DNA of 64,000 nucleotides from Acidimicrobiia bacterium. GTDB taxonomy: Bacteria; Actinomycetota; Acidimicrobiia; Spongiisociales; ZC4RG35. Shown piece by piece: positions 45,403-53,700 of this stretch. A program made the translations under genes and the position numbers. The stretch is taken from positions 17,444 through 81,443 of the forward strand of contig DASZOM010000033.1 in NCBI GenBank assembly GCA_035550735.1. Reading direction: 5' to 3'. Below the pieces are notes generated by a model. It saw only the letters and a list, made by a program, of their open reading frames with translations, made no database searches and was not told the origin of the DNA. The first letter of the stretch is position 1; each line of letters begins with the position of its first letter.

Positions 45403-46713
45403 GTGACCCGCGAGTTCCGGCTTCCCGACATCGGTGAGGGCCTCACCGAAGCCGAGATCGTTCGCTGGCTGGTCCCGGTCGGAGAGCGGGTGGAGACGGA
45501 CCAGCCCATCGTCGAGGTGGAGACGGACAAGGCCGTGGTCGAGATCCCGTCTCCGTTCGCAGGGATCGTCCTGTCCCATGGTGGCGCCGAGGGCGAGATC
45601 GTCCGGGTCGGTCAGGTGCTGGTCACCATCGGGGACGAAGGAGAGCGACCGACACCGCCACCCGAGCCGTCCCCGGTCGCCGTCTCCCAGCGGGAAGCCC
45701 CCCCGATCGTCGGCACCCTCAGTGACGAGGCGGAAGTCCTCACCCCGGGCGTCAGCGATGTCCCGTCGAGCCCGGTCGTCCAGGCGCTTCCCCTGGTGCG
45801 CAAGCTGGCGCGTGATCACGACATCGATCTGAGCACGATCGCGGGAACAGGTCCCGGCGGTCGGATCACCCGTGAGGACGTGGAGGCTGCGATCGAGGCG
45901 GCTTCGGGCCGGCCCCACCGGGAGGAGGCGGTGGAGGGGATGCCGGTCGGCGCCGGTCACGGTGTCGGCGACGACCTGGAGGAGCCGGAGACCGTGCCAT
46001 CAGCGACGACCACACCGGTCGGCGGCAAGCGGGAGGAGGAGCGCCGCCCGATGAGCCGTCTCCGCCGCACGATCGCTGCGAACATGGTGAAGAGCTGGTC
46101 GGAGATCCCCCACGTCACCAGTTTCGACGAGGTCGACGCCACCCGTCTCCTCGAGGTGCGCCGGGCTCTCGGCGACCGCCACGGGCTGAGCATCCCGGTC
46201 GAGGCGCTGGTCATCAAGGCGGTGATCCCGGCAATCGACGAGTTCCCGGAGCTCAACGCGACGGTCGACGGGGACGATCTCGTCCTCCACGGGGCCCGCG
46301 ACATCGGAATCGCCGTGGACACCCCGGAGGGTCTCCTGGTGGCGGTGGTCAGGGAGGCCGGTTCGAAGAGTGTGCTCGAGCTTGCCTCCGAGATCCGACG
46401 TCTCGGTGAAGGAGCCCGGGAGCGCAGCCTCGGTCCCGATGAGCTCACCGGCCAGACCTTCACCGTCACCAACATAGGGGCCGTGGGGGGCGGACACGGG
46501 ACACCCATCGTCCCCCACGGGACGACGGCCATCCTCTCGGTGGGTCGCGCCCGGTTGCGCCCGGTCGTGTTCGGAGAGGATCTCGGCATCGCCCCGGTGA
46601 TGCCGCTGTCGCTGTCTTACGACCATCGGGTGATCGACGGGGCGGTGGGTAGGCGGTTCATGGCGCTGGTGATCGAGAACCTCGATGAGCCGGCTCTCTT
46701 CCTGGCGGTGTGA
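45403..46713 (+). CDS. pdhC: Dihydrolipoamide acyltransferase E2 (lipoyl domain + E3-binding domain + catalytic domain)
   Basis: It has a lipoyl-Lys motif (ETDKA), a PSBD (PLVRKLARDHDIDL), and a catalytic DHRVIDG motif. Confidence 0.9.
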   Translation: MTREFRLPDIGEGLTEAEIVRWLVPVGERVETDQPIVEVETDKAVVEIPSPFAGIVLSHGGAEGEIVRVGQVLVTIGDEGERPTPPPEPSPVAVSQREAPPIVGTLSDEAEVLTPGVSDVPSSPVVQALPLVRKLARDHDIDLSTIAGTGPGGRITREDVEAAIEAASGRPHREEAVEGMPVGAGHGVGDDLEEPETVPSATTTPVGGKREEERRPMSRLRRTIAANMVKSWSEIPHVTSFDEVDATRLLEVRRALGDRHGLSIPVEALVIKAVIPAIDEFPELNATVDGDDLVLHGARDIGIAVDTPEGLLVAVVREAGSKSVLELASEIRRLGEGARERSLGPDELTGQTFTVTNIGAVGGGHGTPIVPHGTTAILSVGRARLRPVVFGEDLGIAPVMPLSLSYDHRVIDGAVGRRFMALVIENLDEPALFLAV

Positions 46714-47279
46714 TGCCACACGTCCACGTCGTCCCCTACGACGAGTCGGCGGGAGTGGTCCGTGAGGAGTACGACGCCGCCATCGCCCGCGCCGGCCGCA
46801 TCTGGAACATCGTCTCGATCCAGAGCATGCAGCCTGAGGTGCTGCGGGACTCGATGCGGATCTACCGCACGATCATGCACGGGCCTTCTCCGCTGAGCCG
46901 AGCGCAACGGGAGATGATGGCCGTCATCACCTCCCAGGCCAACGACTGTCACTACTGAATAGCTGCGCATCTGCACGACCTCCGTGCCGAGGTTGCCGAC
47001 GGGACCATCGCAGATCGCATCGCGGAGGATTGGCGCACCGCAGGGCTGTCACCCGTGGACCTCGCACTCTGTGAGTATGCCGAGACGCTGACCCGGTCCC
47101 CTTCATCGGTGGACGCCACCGTCATCGAGGGCCTCCGCGCCGTCGGTCTCGACGACGTGGGGATCTCCAGCGCCACTCAGGTGATCGCCTACTTCAACTA
47201 CATCAACCGGATCGCCGAGGGGCTCGGTGTGCCCATGGAGAGCTGGCTCCATGACGACGGGACGCCCCGGGAGCCCTAG
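46710..47279 (+). CDS. AhpD-core/CMD-family peroxidase-related protein with in-frame TGA in the CxxC motif (selenocysteine candidate; otherwise pseudogene)
   Basis: The GTG/ATG start overlaps the E2 stop (GTGATG). The frame reads ...SQANDCHY-TGA(46956-46958)-IAAHLHDLRAEV... and continues open to TAG at 47279 (189 codons). The TGA sits where AhpD-like proteins have the second Cys of N.C.YC...H. Confidence 0.5.
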
Positions 47280-47288
47280 CCTGCCCCC

Positions 47289-48782
47289 ATGGCCAAGGAC
47301 CCCGAGAAGCAGGCAGGCAAGAAGAAGGACAAGGCCAAGCCCAAGGCCGAGATGCCCGAGGTGAAGGATCGCAAGGCGTCGAGACAGTTCACCGGGAAGT
47401 TCGGCCGCAAACAGGTCTCCTACACCGCCACGGCCGCCACACAGGTCTTCGACGTAGGTGACGACAAGGTCTCGTTCTTCTACGTCTCCTACACCCAGGA
47501 CGACGCAGATCCGGCGTCTCGTCCGGTGATGTTCTGCTTCAACGGAGGCCCGGGCTCGTCGACCGTGTGGCTCAACCTCGGCTTGTTCGGCCCGAAGCGG
47601 ATGATGTTCGACGATCAAGGATTCAAGGTCGGGATGCAGGGGAAACTGGTCGACAACGACCAGTCGATCCTCGATGTCTCCGATGTGGTCTGCATCGACG
47701 CCATGGGGACGGGGCTGAGCCGGACTGCCAAGAAGGGCAAGGAGAAGAGGTTCCACCACTTCAAGAAGGACATCGAGGCCTTCAGCGAGTTCATCGTCCA
47801 CTACCTCAACCGCAACGGACGATGGTCGTCTCCCAAGTACCTGGCCGGTGAGAGCTACGGGACCCTGCGCGGAGCGGGGATAGCCCGGGAGCTGTTCGAC
47901 AAGCACCACGTCGAGCTGAACGGGGTCATCTTCATCTCGATGATCCTCAACTACCAGACCTCTGCGATCGACCGGACCAACATGCTGGTCCACGCCGGGA
48001 ACGACCTCCCGTTCGCCGTCTACCTGCCCACGTACGCCGCCACGGCCTGGTATCACAAGCGTCTCCCCAAGAAGAACCAGTCGAAGTCACTGCGAGCCTT
48101 TCTCGACGAGGTCGAGGAGTTCGCGCTGGGGGGCTATTGGACCGCACTCGCCCAGGGAGACCGGCTCGACGCCAAGCAGAGGGCTGCCATCGCCGGCAAG
48201 CTCGCCGATTACACCGGTCTCAGCGCCGAGTTCATCGACCTCTACAACCTGCGCATCCACATCATGAGGTTCTGCAAGGAGCTGATGCGGGAGAAGCGGC
48301 GCACGGTGGGGAGGATCGACTCGCGTTACCTCGGCATCGACCGGGACATGGCCGGCAACAACCTCGAGATCGACCCGAGCACCGACGCCTTCTCCGGGGT
48401 GGCGGCCTCGGCGCTCAACCACTACCTGCGTGACGAGATCGGGTTCGAGACCGAGGACGTCTACAACATCATGTCGTCGGACGTCTGGAAGAACTGGGAC
48501 TACGAGGATTTCAAGGGCCGGTACGTCGACACGTCGGAGAACTTCCGGGAGCTGTTGTCGAGGTCGAGGGGGACCAAGGTGCTCATCGCCAACGGCTACT
48601 ACGACCTGGCCACGCCGCACTTCGCCACCGAGTACACCATGTCCCACATGGGCCTCGACCCCGACGTGCGACCCAACATCCGGCTCACCTACTACGAAGC
48701 GGGGCACATGATGTACGTGCACAAGGCATCGCGGGAGCAGCTGGCCACCGACCTCAGGGAGTTCGTCCAGCAGACCTCTTAG
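47289..48782 (+). CDS. S10-family serine carboxypeptidase-like protein with Lys-rich N-terminus
   Basis: It has GGPGSSTVW and the GESYG nucleophile motif of the S10 family. The N-terminal 50 aa are K/E-rich low complexity. Confidence 0.7.
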   Translation: MAKDPEKQAGKKKDKAKPKAEMPEVKDRKASRQFTGKFGRKQVSYTATAATQVFDVGDDKVSFFYVSYTQDDADPASRPVMFCFNGGPGSSTVWLNLGLFGPKRMMFDDQGFKVGMQGKLVDNDQSILDVSDVVCIDAMGTGLSRTAKKGKEKRFHHFKKDIEAFSEFIVHYLNRNGRWSSPKYLAGESYGTLRGAGIARELFDKHHVELNGVIFISMILNYQTSAIDRTNMLVHAGNDLPFAVYLPTYAATAWYHKRLPKKNQSKSLRAFLDEVEEFALGGYWTALAQGDRLDAKQRAAIAGKLADYTGLSAEFIDLYNLRIHIMRFCKELMREKRRTVGRIDSRYLGIDRDMAGNNLEIDPSTDAFSGVAASALNHYLRDEIGFETEDVYNIMSSDVWKNWDYEDFKGRYVDTSENFRELLSRSRGTKVLIANGYYDLATPHFATEYTMSHMGLDPDVRPNIRLTYYEAGHMMYVHKASREQLATDLREFVQQTS

Positions 48783-48819
48783 CCAGGAGGGCTCCACACC
48801 CCTGTCGTGCCTCCGGTGA

Positions 48820-48848
48820 TTGACACACCAGCGTGATGGTCGCATAAT
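48820..48848 (+). promoter_or_regulatory. Sigma-A-like promoter TTGACA-17nt-CATAAT upstream of ABC-2 exporter operon
   Basis: TTGACA is at 48820-48825, followed by a 17-nt spacer and CATAAT at 48843-48848. AAGGAGG SD is at 48866-48872 and the ATG is at 48878. Confidence 0.5.
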
Positions 48849-48865
48849 TCAACAAGCGTTGAATT
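48846..48865 (+). promoter_or_regulatory. Perfect palindrome AATTCAAC-aagc-GTTGAATT overlapping -10/+1 (candidate TetR operator)
   Basis: It has 8-bp perfect inverted arms with a 4-nt spacer between the -10 hexamer and the SD. A TetR-family gene closes the same operon (51536..52135). Confidence 0.45.
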
Positions 48866-48877
48866 AAGGAGGCGACC

Positions 48878-49906
48878 ATGCTGGCGATGACCCTCAAGGA
48901 GTTCCGGCAGGTGGTGCGGGACCATCGCACGCTGGCCATGCTGATCGTGATGCCGGTGGTGCTCCTGCTCGTGTTCGGATACGCCGCCAGCTTCGACGTG
49001 GACGTGATCCCCACGGCTGTGGTTGGCCCGGGGGCGACGAACGTGCCGGAGCAGTTGCCCGAGCTCTTCGACGTGGAGACGGCGGATGCCGACGCGACCA
49101 GAGCCAATGCCGAGGAGATGCTGCGGGCCGGGGAGGTGAACCTCGCCGTGGTCACCGGCGACGGGCCACCGGTCGTCCTCCTTGACGGCTCCGAGCTGTT
49201 CATGGCCAGAGCCGCCGTGCAGATCCTGGCCGCGGCACCCATACCCGGTCTCGACTACGTGGTTCTCTTCAATCCCGAGCTCGACACGTCGGCGGTGCTG
49301 GTCCCCGGTCTCGCCGGTCTGATCATCGTGTTCGTGGGCACACTCGTCACCTCGATGTCGGTGGTGCGGGAGCGGGAGACCGGGACCTTGGAGCAGCTCG
49401 CGGTCATGCCGTTCCGGCCCCGGGACGTGTTCATGGGCAAGATCGCCCCCTACTTCCTGATCGCGTCGATCGACATCGTGATCGTGCTCACCATCGGGAC
49501 CTTGCTCTTCGATGTGCCCCTCAACGGTTCCGTGCTGCCCCTGATCGTGGGGGCCCTCGCCTTTCTCTTCGTCGCCCTCGGGGTCGGGGTCCTGATCTCG
49601 TCGGTGTCGGAGAACCAAGCCCAGGCGATCCAGCTGGCATTGATGACGGCCCTGCCCCAGATCATGCTCTCCGGGATCATCTTCCCGCTCTCCTCCATGG
49701 CGCCGGCGGTGCGCTGGATCGGTTACCTGCTGCCTCTCACCTATTTCAACCAAGTAGCCAAGGGGGTGATGCTGCGTGGGGCCGGTCTCGGCGATCTGCT
49801 CATGCCGCTCGCCCTGCTCGTTGCTCTCGGTGCGGTGATCTTCACCCTCGCCGTGACCAGGTTTCGCAGCCAGCTTCGCCCGGCCAGGGTGCGGGCGGCG
49901 ACGTGA
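48878..49906 (+). CDS. ABC-2 type transporter permease
   Basis: It has the ABC-2 family signature with six TM helices in the C-terminal half. Confidence 0.8.
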   Translation: MLAMTLKEFRQVVRDHRTLAMLIVMPVVLLLVFGYAASFDVDVIPTAVVGPGATNVPEQLPELFDVETADADATRANAEEMLRAGEVNLAVVTGDGPPVVLLDGSELFMARAAVQILAAAPIPGLDYVVLFNPELDTSAVLVPGLAGLIIVFVGTLVTSMSVVRERETGTLEQLAVMPFRPRDVFMGKIAPYFLIASIDIVIVLTIGTLLFDVPLNGSVLPLIVGALAFLFVALGVGVLISSVSENQAQAIQLALMTALPQIMLSGIIFPLSSMAPAVRWIGYLLPLTYFNQVAKGVMLRGAGLGDLLMPLALLVALGAVIFTLAVTRFRSQLRPARVRAAT

Positions 49907-50709
49907 GCTGGGGTCTGTCCCGGGTGACGGTCCGCTTTGGCGATGCCACCGCCCTCGCCGGGGTCAGCATCGATGTCGAGCCGGGGGAGGTGGCGATCGT
50001 GGTAGGCGCCGATGGCGCCGGGAAGACCACGCTGTGCCGGACCCTCGTCGGTCTCGAGGGGATCGACGGTGGGGAGATCAGACGACCCGATCGCACCGGT
50101 TTCCAGCCGGAGACCTCCGGTGTGTGGAACGACCTGACGGTGATGGAGAACCTGGAGTTCGTGGCCGGGGCATACGGTCTCGCGACCGATCCCGCTCGTC
50201 GACGAATCGAGACTCTGCTCGAGGTCACCGGCTTGGGTGGCGCCCGGGACCGTCTCGGACGCCAGCTCTCGGGAGGGATGCGTCAGAAGCTCGGCGTGGC
50301 GATGGCGGTCCTCTCCGATCCCGAGCTCCTGGTGCTCGACGAGCCGACTACCGGCCTCGACCCGGTCAGCCGGCTCGAGCTCTGGTCCTTCATCTCTCTC
50401 ACCGCCGGGGAAGGGAAAGCGATCCTCGTGACCACCACCTACACCGACGAGGCACGGCGTGGCAACAGCGTCCTCGCCCTCGACGGGGGGCGGTCCCTGG
50501 CTTCGGGGAGCGTCGCCGAGGTGATCGATGCCATGCCTGGCGCGCTCTTCGAGAGCGCCCGGAGTCACGGTCCGAGCTCGTGGAGACGTGGCCGCACCTG
50601 GCGCATCTGGTCACCCGAGGCCGAGCCGGTGCCCGGCGCCACTGAGGTGAGCCCCGACCTGGCCGACGTGGTCACTGTGGCCGCTCTCGCCGCCGAGGCG
50701 AGACGATGA
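49903..50709 (+). CDS. ABC transporter ATP-binding protein
   Basis: It has Walker A GADGAGKTT, signature LSGGMRQKL, and Walker B LLVLDEPT. It overlaps its neighbours (ATGA). Confidence 0.85.
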   Translation: MSWGLSRVTVRFGDATALAGVSIDVEPGEVAIVVGADGAGKTTLCRTLVGLEGIDGGEIRRPDRTGFQPETSGVWNDLTVMENLEFVAGAYGLATDPARRRIETLLEVTGLGGARDRLGRQLSGGMRQKLGVAMAVLSDPELLVLDEPTTGLDPVSRLELWSFISLTAGEGKAILVTTTYTDEARRGNSVLALDGGRSLASGSVAEVIDAMPGALFESARSHGPSSWRRGRTWRIWSPEAEPVPGATEVSPDLADVVTVAALAAEARR

Positions 50710-51539
50710 GGGTCGTTGCCGTCACCGCCCTGTCCAAGCGATTCGGTGAGGTCCGCGCCGTCGATGACCTCACATTCGAGGTCGGCCAGGGTGAGATCGT
50801 CGGTCTCCTCGGCGCCAACGGGGCCGGGAAGACCACCACTATGAGGATGGTGCTCGGCTTGCTCGCCCCCACGTCGGGTCGTGCTCTCATCGAGGGTGAG
50901 CCCGTCGGCCGAGTCGATCGACGCCGGCTCGGCTACGTGCCGCAGGGTCTCGGCTTGTACCGCGAGCTGACCGTGGCCGAGAACCTTCGCTTCTCCGCCG
51001 AGGCTTTCGGGACCGCGCCGCCCGACCTGGCAGCAGAGGGTCTATCCGAGTATGCCAACCGCAAGGTCGGTGAGCTCCCCAGGGGCGTGACCCGACGGGT
51101 GGCGTTCGTCGCTGCCCGTCTCCACGACCCCGGCGTCCTCATCCTCGACGAGCCCACCTCGGGTGTAGGCCCGCTCGGGCGCGCCCGGCTCTGGGAGAGC
51201 ATCCATCTCGTCGCCGAGACGGGCACTGCGGTCCTGGTCTCGACACACCACATGGAGGAGGCAGAGGAGTGCGATCGTGTCGTCCTGATGGCGCAGGGCC
51301 GGCGCGTGGCCACCGGCAATGTGAGTGAGGTGATCTCCGGGTTGAGGACCGTGGCGGTCGTTGCGGGTGTCACCACCGCCCGGCTCGACGAGATACGACG
51401 TCTCGGAGGCACCGTGCTGCTGAGCAACGACGGCTGGCGGGTGGTGGGATTGCCCCTCTCGGTGGTGAGCGAGGTCGTCGGCTCCGGAACCGAGGTGCCG
51501 GCCACCTTCGAGGAGGCGTTCGTGGCCCTCTCGGCATGA
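50706..51539 (+). CDS. ABC transporter ATP-binding protein (second ATPase)
   Basis: It has Walker A GANGAGKTT and Walker B ILILDEPTSG. Confidence 0.85.
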   Translation: MRVVAVTALSKRFGEVRAVDDLTFEVGQGEIVGLLGANGAGKTTTMRMVLGLLAPTSGRALIEGEPVGRVDRRRLGYVPQGLGLYRELTVAENLRFSAEAFGTAPPDLAAEGLSEYANRKVGELPRGVTRRVAFVAARLHDPGVLILDEPTSGVGPLGRARLWESIHLVAETGTAVLVSTHHMEEAEECDRVVLMAQGRRVATGNVSEVISGLRTVAVVAGVTTARLDEIRRLGGTVLLSNDGWRVVGLPLSVVSEVVGSGTEVPATFEEAFVALSA

Positions 51540-52135
51540 GCCGGCGGAGTGGCAGGAGGGCGGGGGCCCCCGATACCAGAGCCGAGATCCTCACCGCCGC
51601 CAAGTCGGTCTTCGCCGAGGCAGGCTACGACCGGGCCACCATCCGGGGCATCGCCGCCGAGGCCGGGGTCGACCCGTCCCTGGTCCATCACTACTTCGGC
51701 AGCAAGGATCGGCTGTTCGCCGCCTCCATCGACATCCCGCTCCCTCCGATCGAGGCGGTGTCGAAGGCGTTCTCCGAGGGCCCTGCTGCCGGACACCTCC
51801 TCGCCACGATCTTCTTCTCGGTGTGGGAGCAGCACGGGCCCCGTGACTCGCTGCTCGGGATGCTCCGATCAGCCATGGGGGGCGAGGACCAGGCGGTCGA
51901 GGCATTCCGGGAGTTCGTCACTCGTGAGCTCCTCCACCGCATCGCCCCTCAGATCCCAGGCGAGGACGGAACCCTTCGTGCCCTGGTGATGGTCTCACAG
52001 CTGGTTGGAATCGCCATCACCCGATATGTGGTCAAGCTGGAGCCGATCGCCTCTGCGCCGATCGAGGACATCATTGCCCTGGTGGCGCCGCGGATTCAGT
52101 TGTATCTCGACGACCAGGCCCTCCCGGCGAGATGA
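51536..52135 (+). CDS. TetR/AcrR-family transcriptional regulator
   Basis: It has an N-terminal TetR HTH (TRAEILTAAKSVFAEAGYDRATIRGIAAEAGVDPSLVHHYF). Confidence 0.85.
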   Translation: MSRRSGRRAGAPDTRAEILTAAKSVFAEAGYDRATIRGIAAEAGVDPSLVHHYFGSKDRLFAASIDIPLPPIEAVSKAFSEGPAAGHLLATIFFSVWEQHGPRDSLLGMLRSAMGGEDQAVEAFREFVTRELLHRIAPQIPGEDGTLRALVMVSQLVGIAITRYVVKLEPIASAPIEDIIALVAPRIQLYLDDQALPAR

Positions 52136-52151
52136 GACGTCCCGAGGCCCA

Positions 52152-53618
52152 CTACTGGGCCGTGGAACCCAAGGAACGCGAATGGGCCTCCACGACCGAG
52201 AGCACCTCGGGAAGGTCCATCTCCGGATACGGGTCGGGGGTGATCAGGCCGAGGATGCGGTCCTGGGCCCGGGCGGACACGATCACCTGGTTGGCCCAGC
52301 GTTCGGCGAGATCGGGCGGGGGGAGTCGGCAACAGGTCGGGTCAGGGCACGTCGACGACTCCCGGTTCGGGGTGTCCCGGCCCCGGAACCAGCGGGCCTC
52401 GTCGAAGCGGGTGCCGAGGGTGACGGCGAAGGCGGGATCCCTCCCGGCCTCCACATGGGTGGTGCAGAAGTAGGTCCCGGCCGGGGTGTCGGTGTACTGG
52501 AGGTGGGTGCCGAACCTGTCCTCGGAGTCGAAGGTGATGCGGGCGCCCCAGCGACGGCACAAGCGCTGGGTCTCCATCCCGCCGTGCTCGTCACGGGGGA
52601 CGGGCACGCCGTCGTTCGCATAGCCCTTGACCACGACACCCATCCAGTCCGAGACCAAGAGATGGCAAGCGATCCCGAGGTGTCGGGTGATCAGGTTGGC
52701 GGTGCGCCATGCAGCCATCTCGTACGACACGTAGAACAGCTCCTTGACATCCTCCACGTCGATGTCGTGGCTCTCCTTGGCGGTGAGCAGACGCGCCACG
52801 ACGGCGTGCTCCGGGGCGAGCACGGCGGCGGCGAAGTAGGCCGTCTCCATCCTCTGACGGAGGAAGGTGGCCAGGTCGGGCTCTGCCTCGTGGCCGAGGA
52901 TGAATCCGGCGAGGGTCTGCAACACTGCCTTTCGGGCCTGGCGGGTGCGCAGCTCGTTGCGCTGAGCGATGTAGATGCGACGGTTGCGGGTGTCGATGAT
53001 CGAGCGGGCGAAGGCCGGCATGTCCTCGATGGAGATCAGCTCGAAGCCGTTGCTCGCGGTGAGGTCGATCAGGTTCCTCGATGAGAACGGCCCCTCACCG
53101 GCGTATCCGGATGCCTCCAATGCCTCGTGTGCGGCCACCTCGATGTCCTTGAGATAGCCGTTGCGATCGGCCAGATAGGCGTGGAGCTCACCGTTGGCCC
53201 GCCTCACCTCGTCCGAGCCTGCGGAGCCGAGACCCGACTTCTCGCGGATCACTTCGTGGAGGCCGACGATGTGCTCGAGGGTGATGCTGTCGACCCGAGC
53301 AGAGGGCTTGACGGCGGGTATGCCGAGGCTCTGGAAGAGGGCGCTCTCCTGGGAGCGGGTGAGGGCGATCTCCAGCTCGTCCCGGCGGGTGGGTGGCGTG
53401 GGATCGAGCAGATCCGACAGCTCGACGCCAAGGACTCGGGCGATCTCCATGACCAGGTTGAGCCTGGGCTCCTTCCGCCCGTTCTCGAGGAGGGAGAGAA
53501 ACGGCGCCGGCTTGCCCACCTGCTCGCCAAGCCGATCCAGGGTGAGACCGGCCCGGTTGCGGAAGTGTCGGACCCGACGCCCCAGTACCAGGGGATCCAG
53601 GGCTTGCGCTTCGCTCAT
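52152..53618 (-). CDS. ramB: RamB-type regulator (XRE-HTH + DUF2083/ImmA-like domain; short-chain fatty acyl-CoA regulator family)
   Basis: It has an N-terminal XRE HTH (LGRRVRHFRNRAGLTLDRLGEQVG) and a long C-terminal domain. Its length (488 aa) and its position divergent from aceB-aceA match actinobacterial RamB. Confidence 0.7.
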   Translation of the reverse strand: MSEAQALDPLVLGRRVRHFRNRAGLTLDRLGEQVGKPAPFLSLLENGRKEPRLNLVMEIARVLGVELSDLLDPTPPTRRDELEIALTRSQESALFQSLGIPAVKPSARVDSITLEHIVGLHEVIREKSGLGSAGSDEVRRANGELHAYLADRNGYLKDIEVAAHEALEASGYAGEGPFSSRNLIDLTASNGFELISIEDMPAFARSIIDTRNRRIYIAQRNELRTRQARKAVLQTLAGFILGHEAEPDLATFLRQRMETAYFAAAVLAPEHAVVARLLTAKESHDIDVEDVKELFYVSYEMAAWRTANLITRHLGIACHLLVSDWMGVVVKGYANDGVPVPRDEHGGMETQRLCRRWGARITFDSEDRFGTHLQYTDTPAGTYFCTTHVEAGRDPAFAVTLGTRFDEARWFRGRDTPNRESSTCPDPTCCRLPPPDLAERWANQVIVSARAQDRILGLITPDPYPEMDLPEVLSVVEAHSRSLGSTAQ

Positions 53619-53655
53619 TCTCCTCCTCGTCGAAAGATGCTCCGATCTTATTCGA

Positions 53656-53684
53656 TGTTTGCCCTGAGATCCAGCAGGGAAACA
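53656..53684 (+). promoter_or_regulatory. Imperfect inverted repeat TGTTTgCCCTG-N8-CAGGGAAACA in ramB/aceB divergent intergenic region
   Basis: It has 10/11-bp arms. It is located 17 nt upstream of the aceB ATG and 38 nt from the ramB start. Confidence 0.3.
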
Positions 53685-53700
53685 AAGAGAATACGTTCTT

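Noticed and set aside
46959-47040. Attempt to define a canonical bacterial SECIS after the in-frame TGA
   Set aside because: Hairpins are present, but I cannot confirm the apical-loop G/U geometry by eye. This is left as something to test rather than called as a feature.
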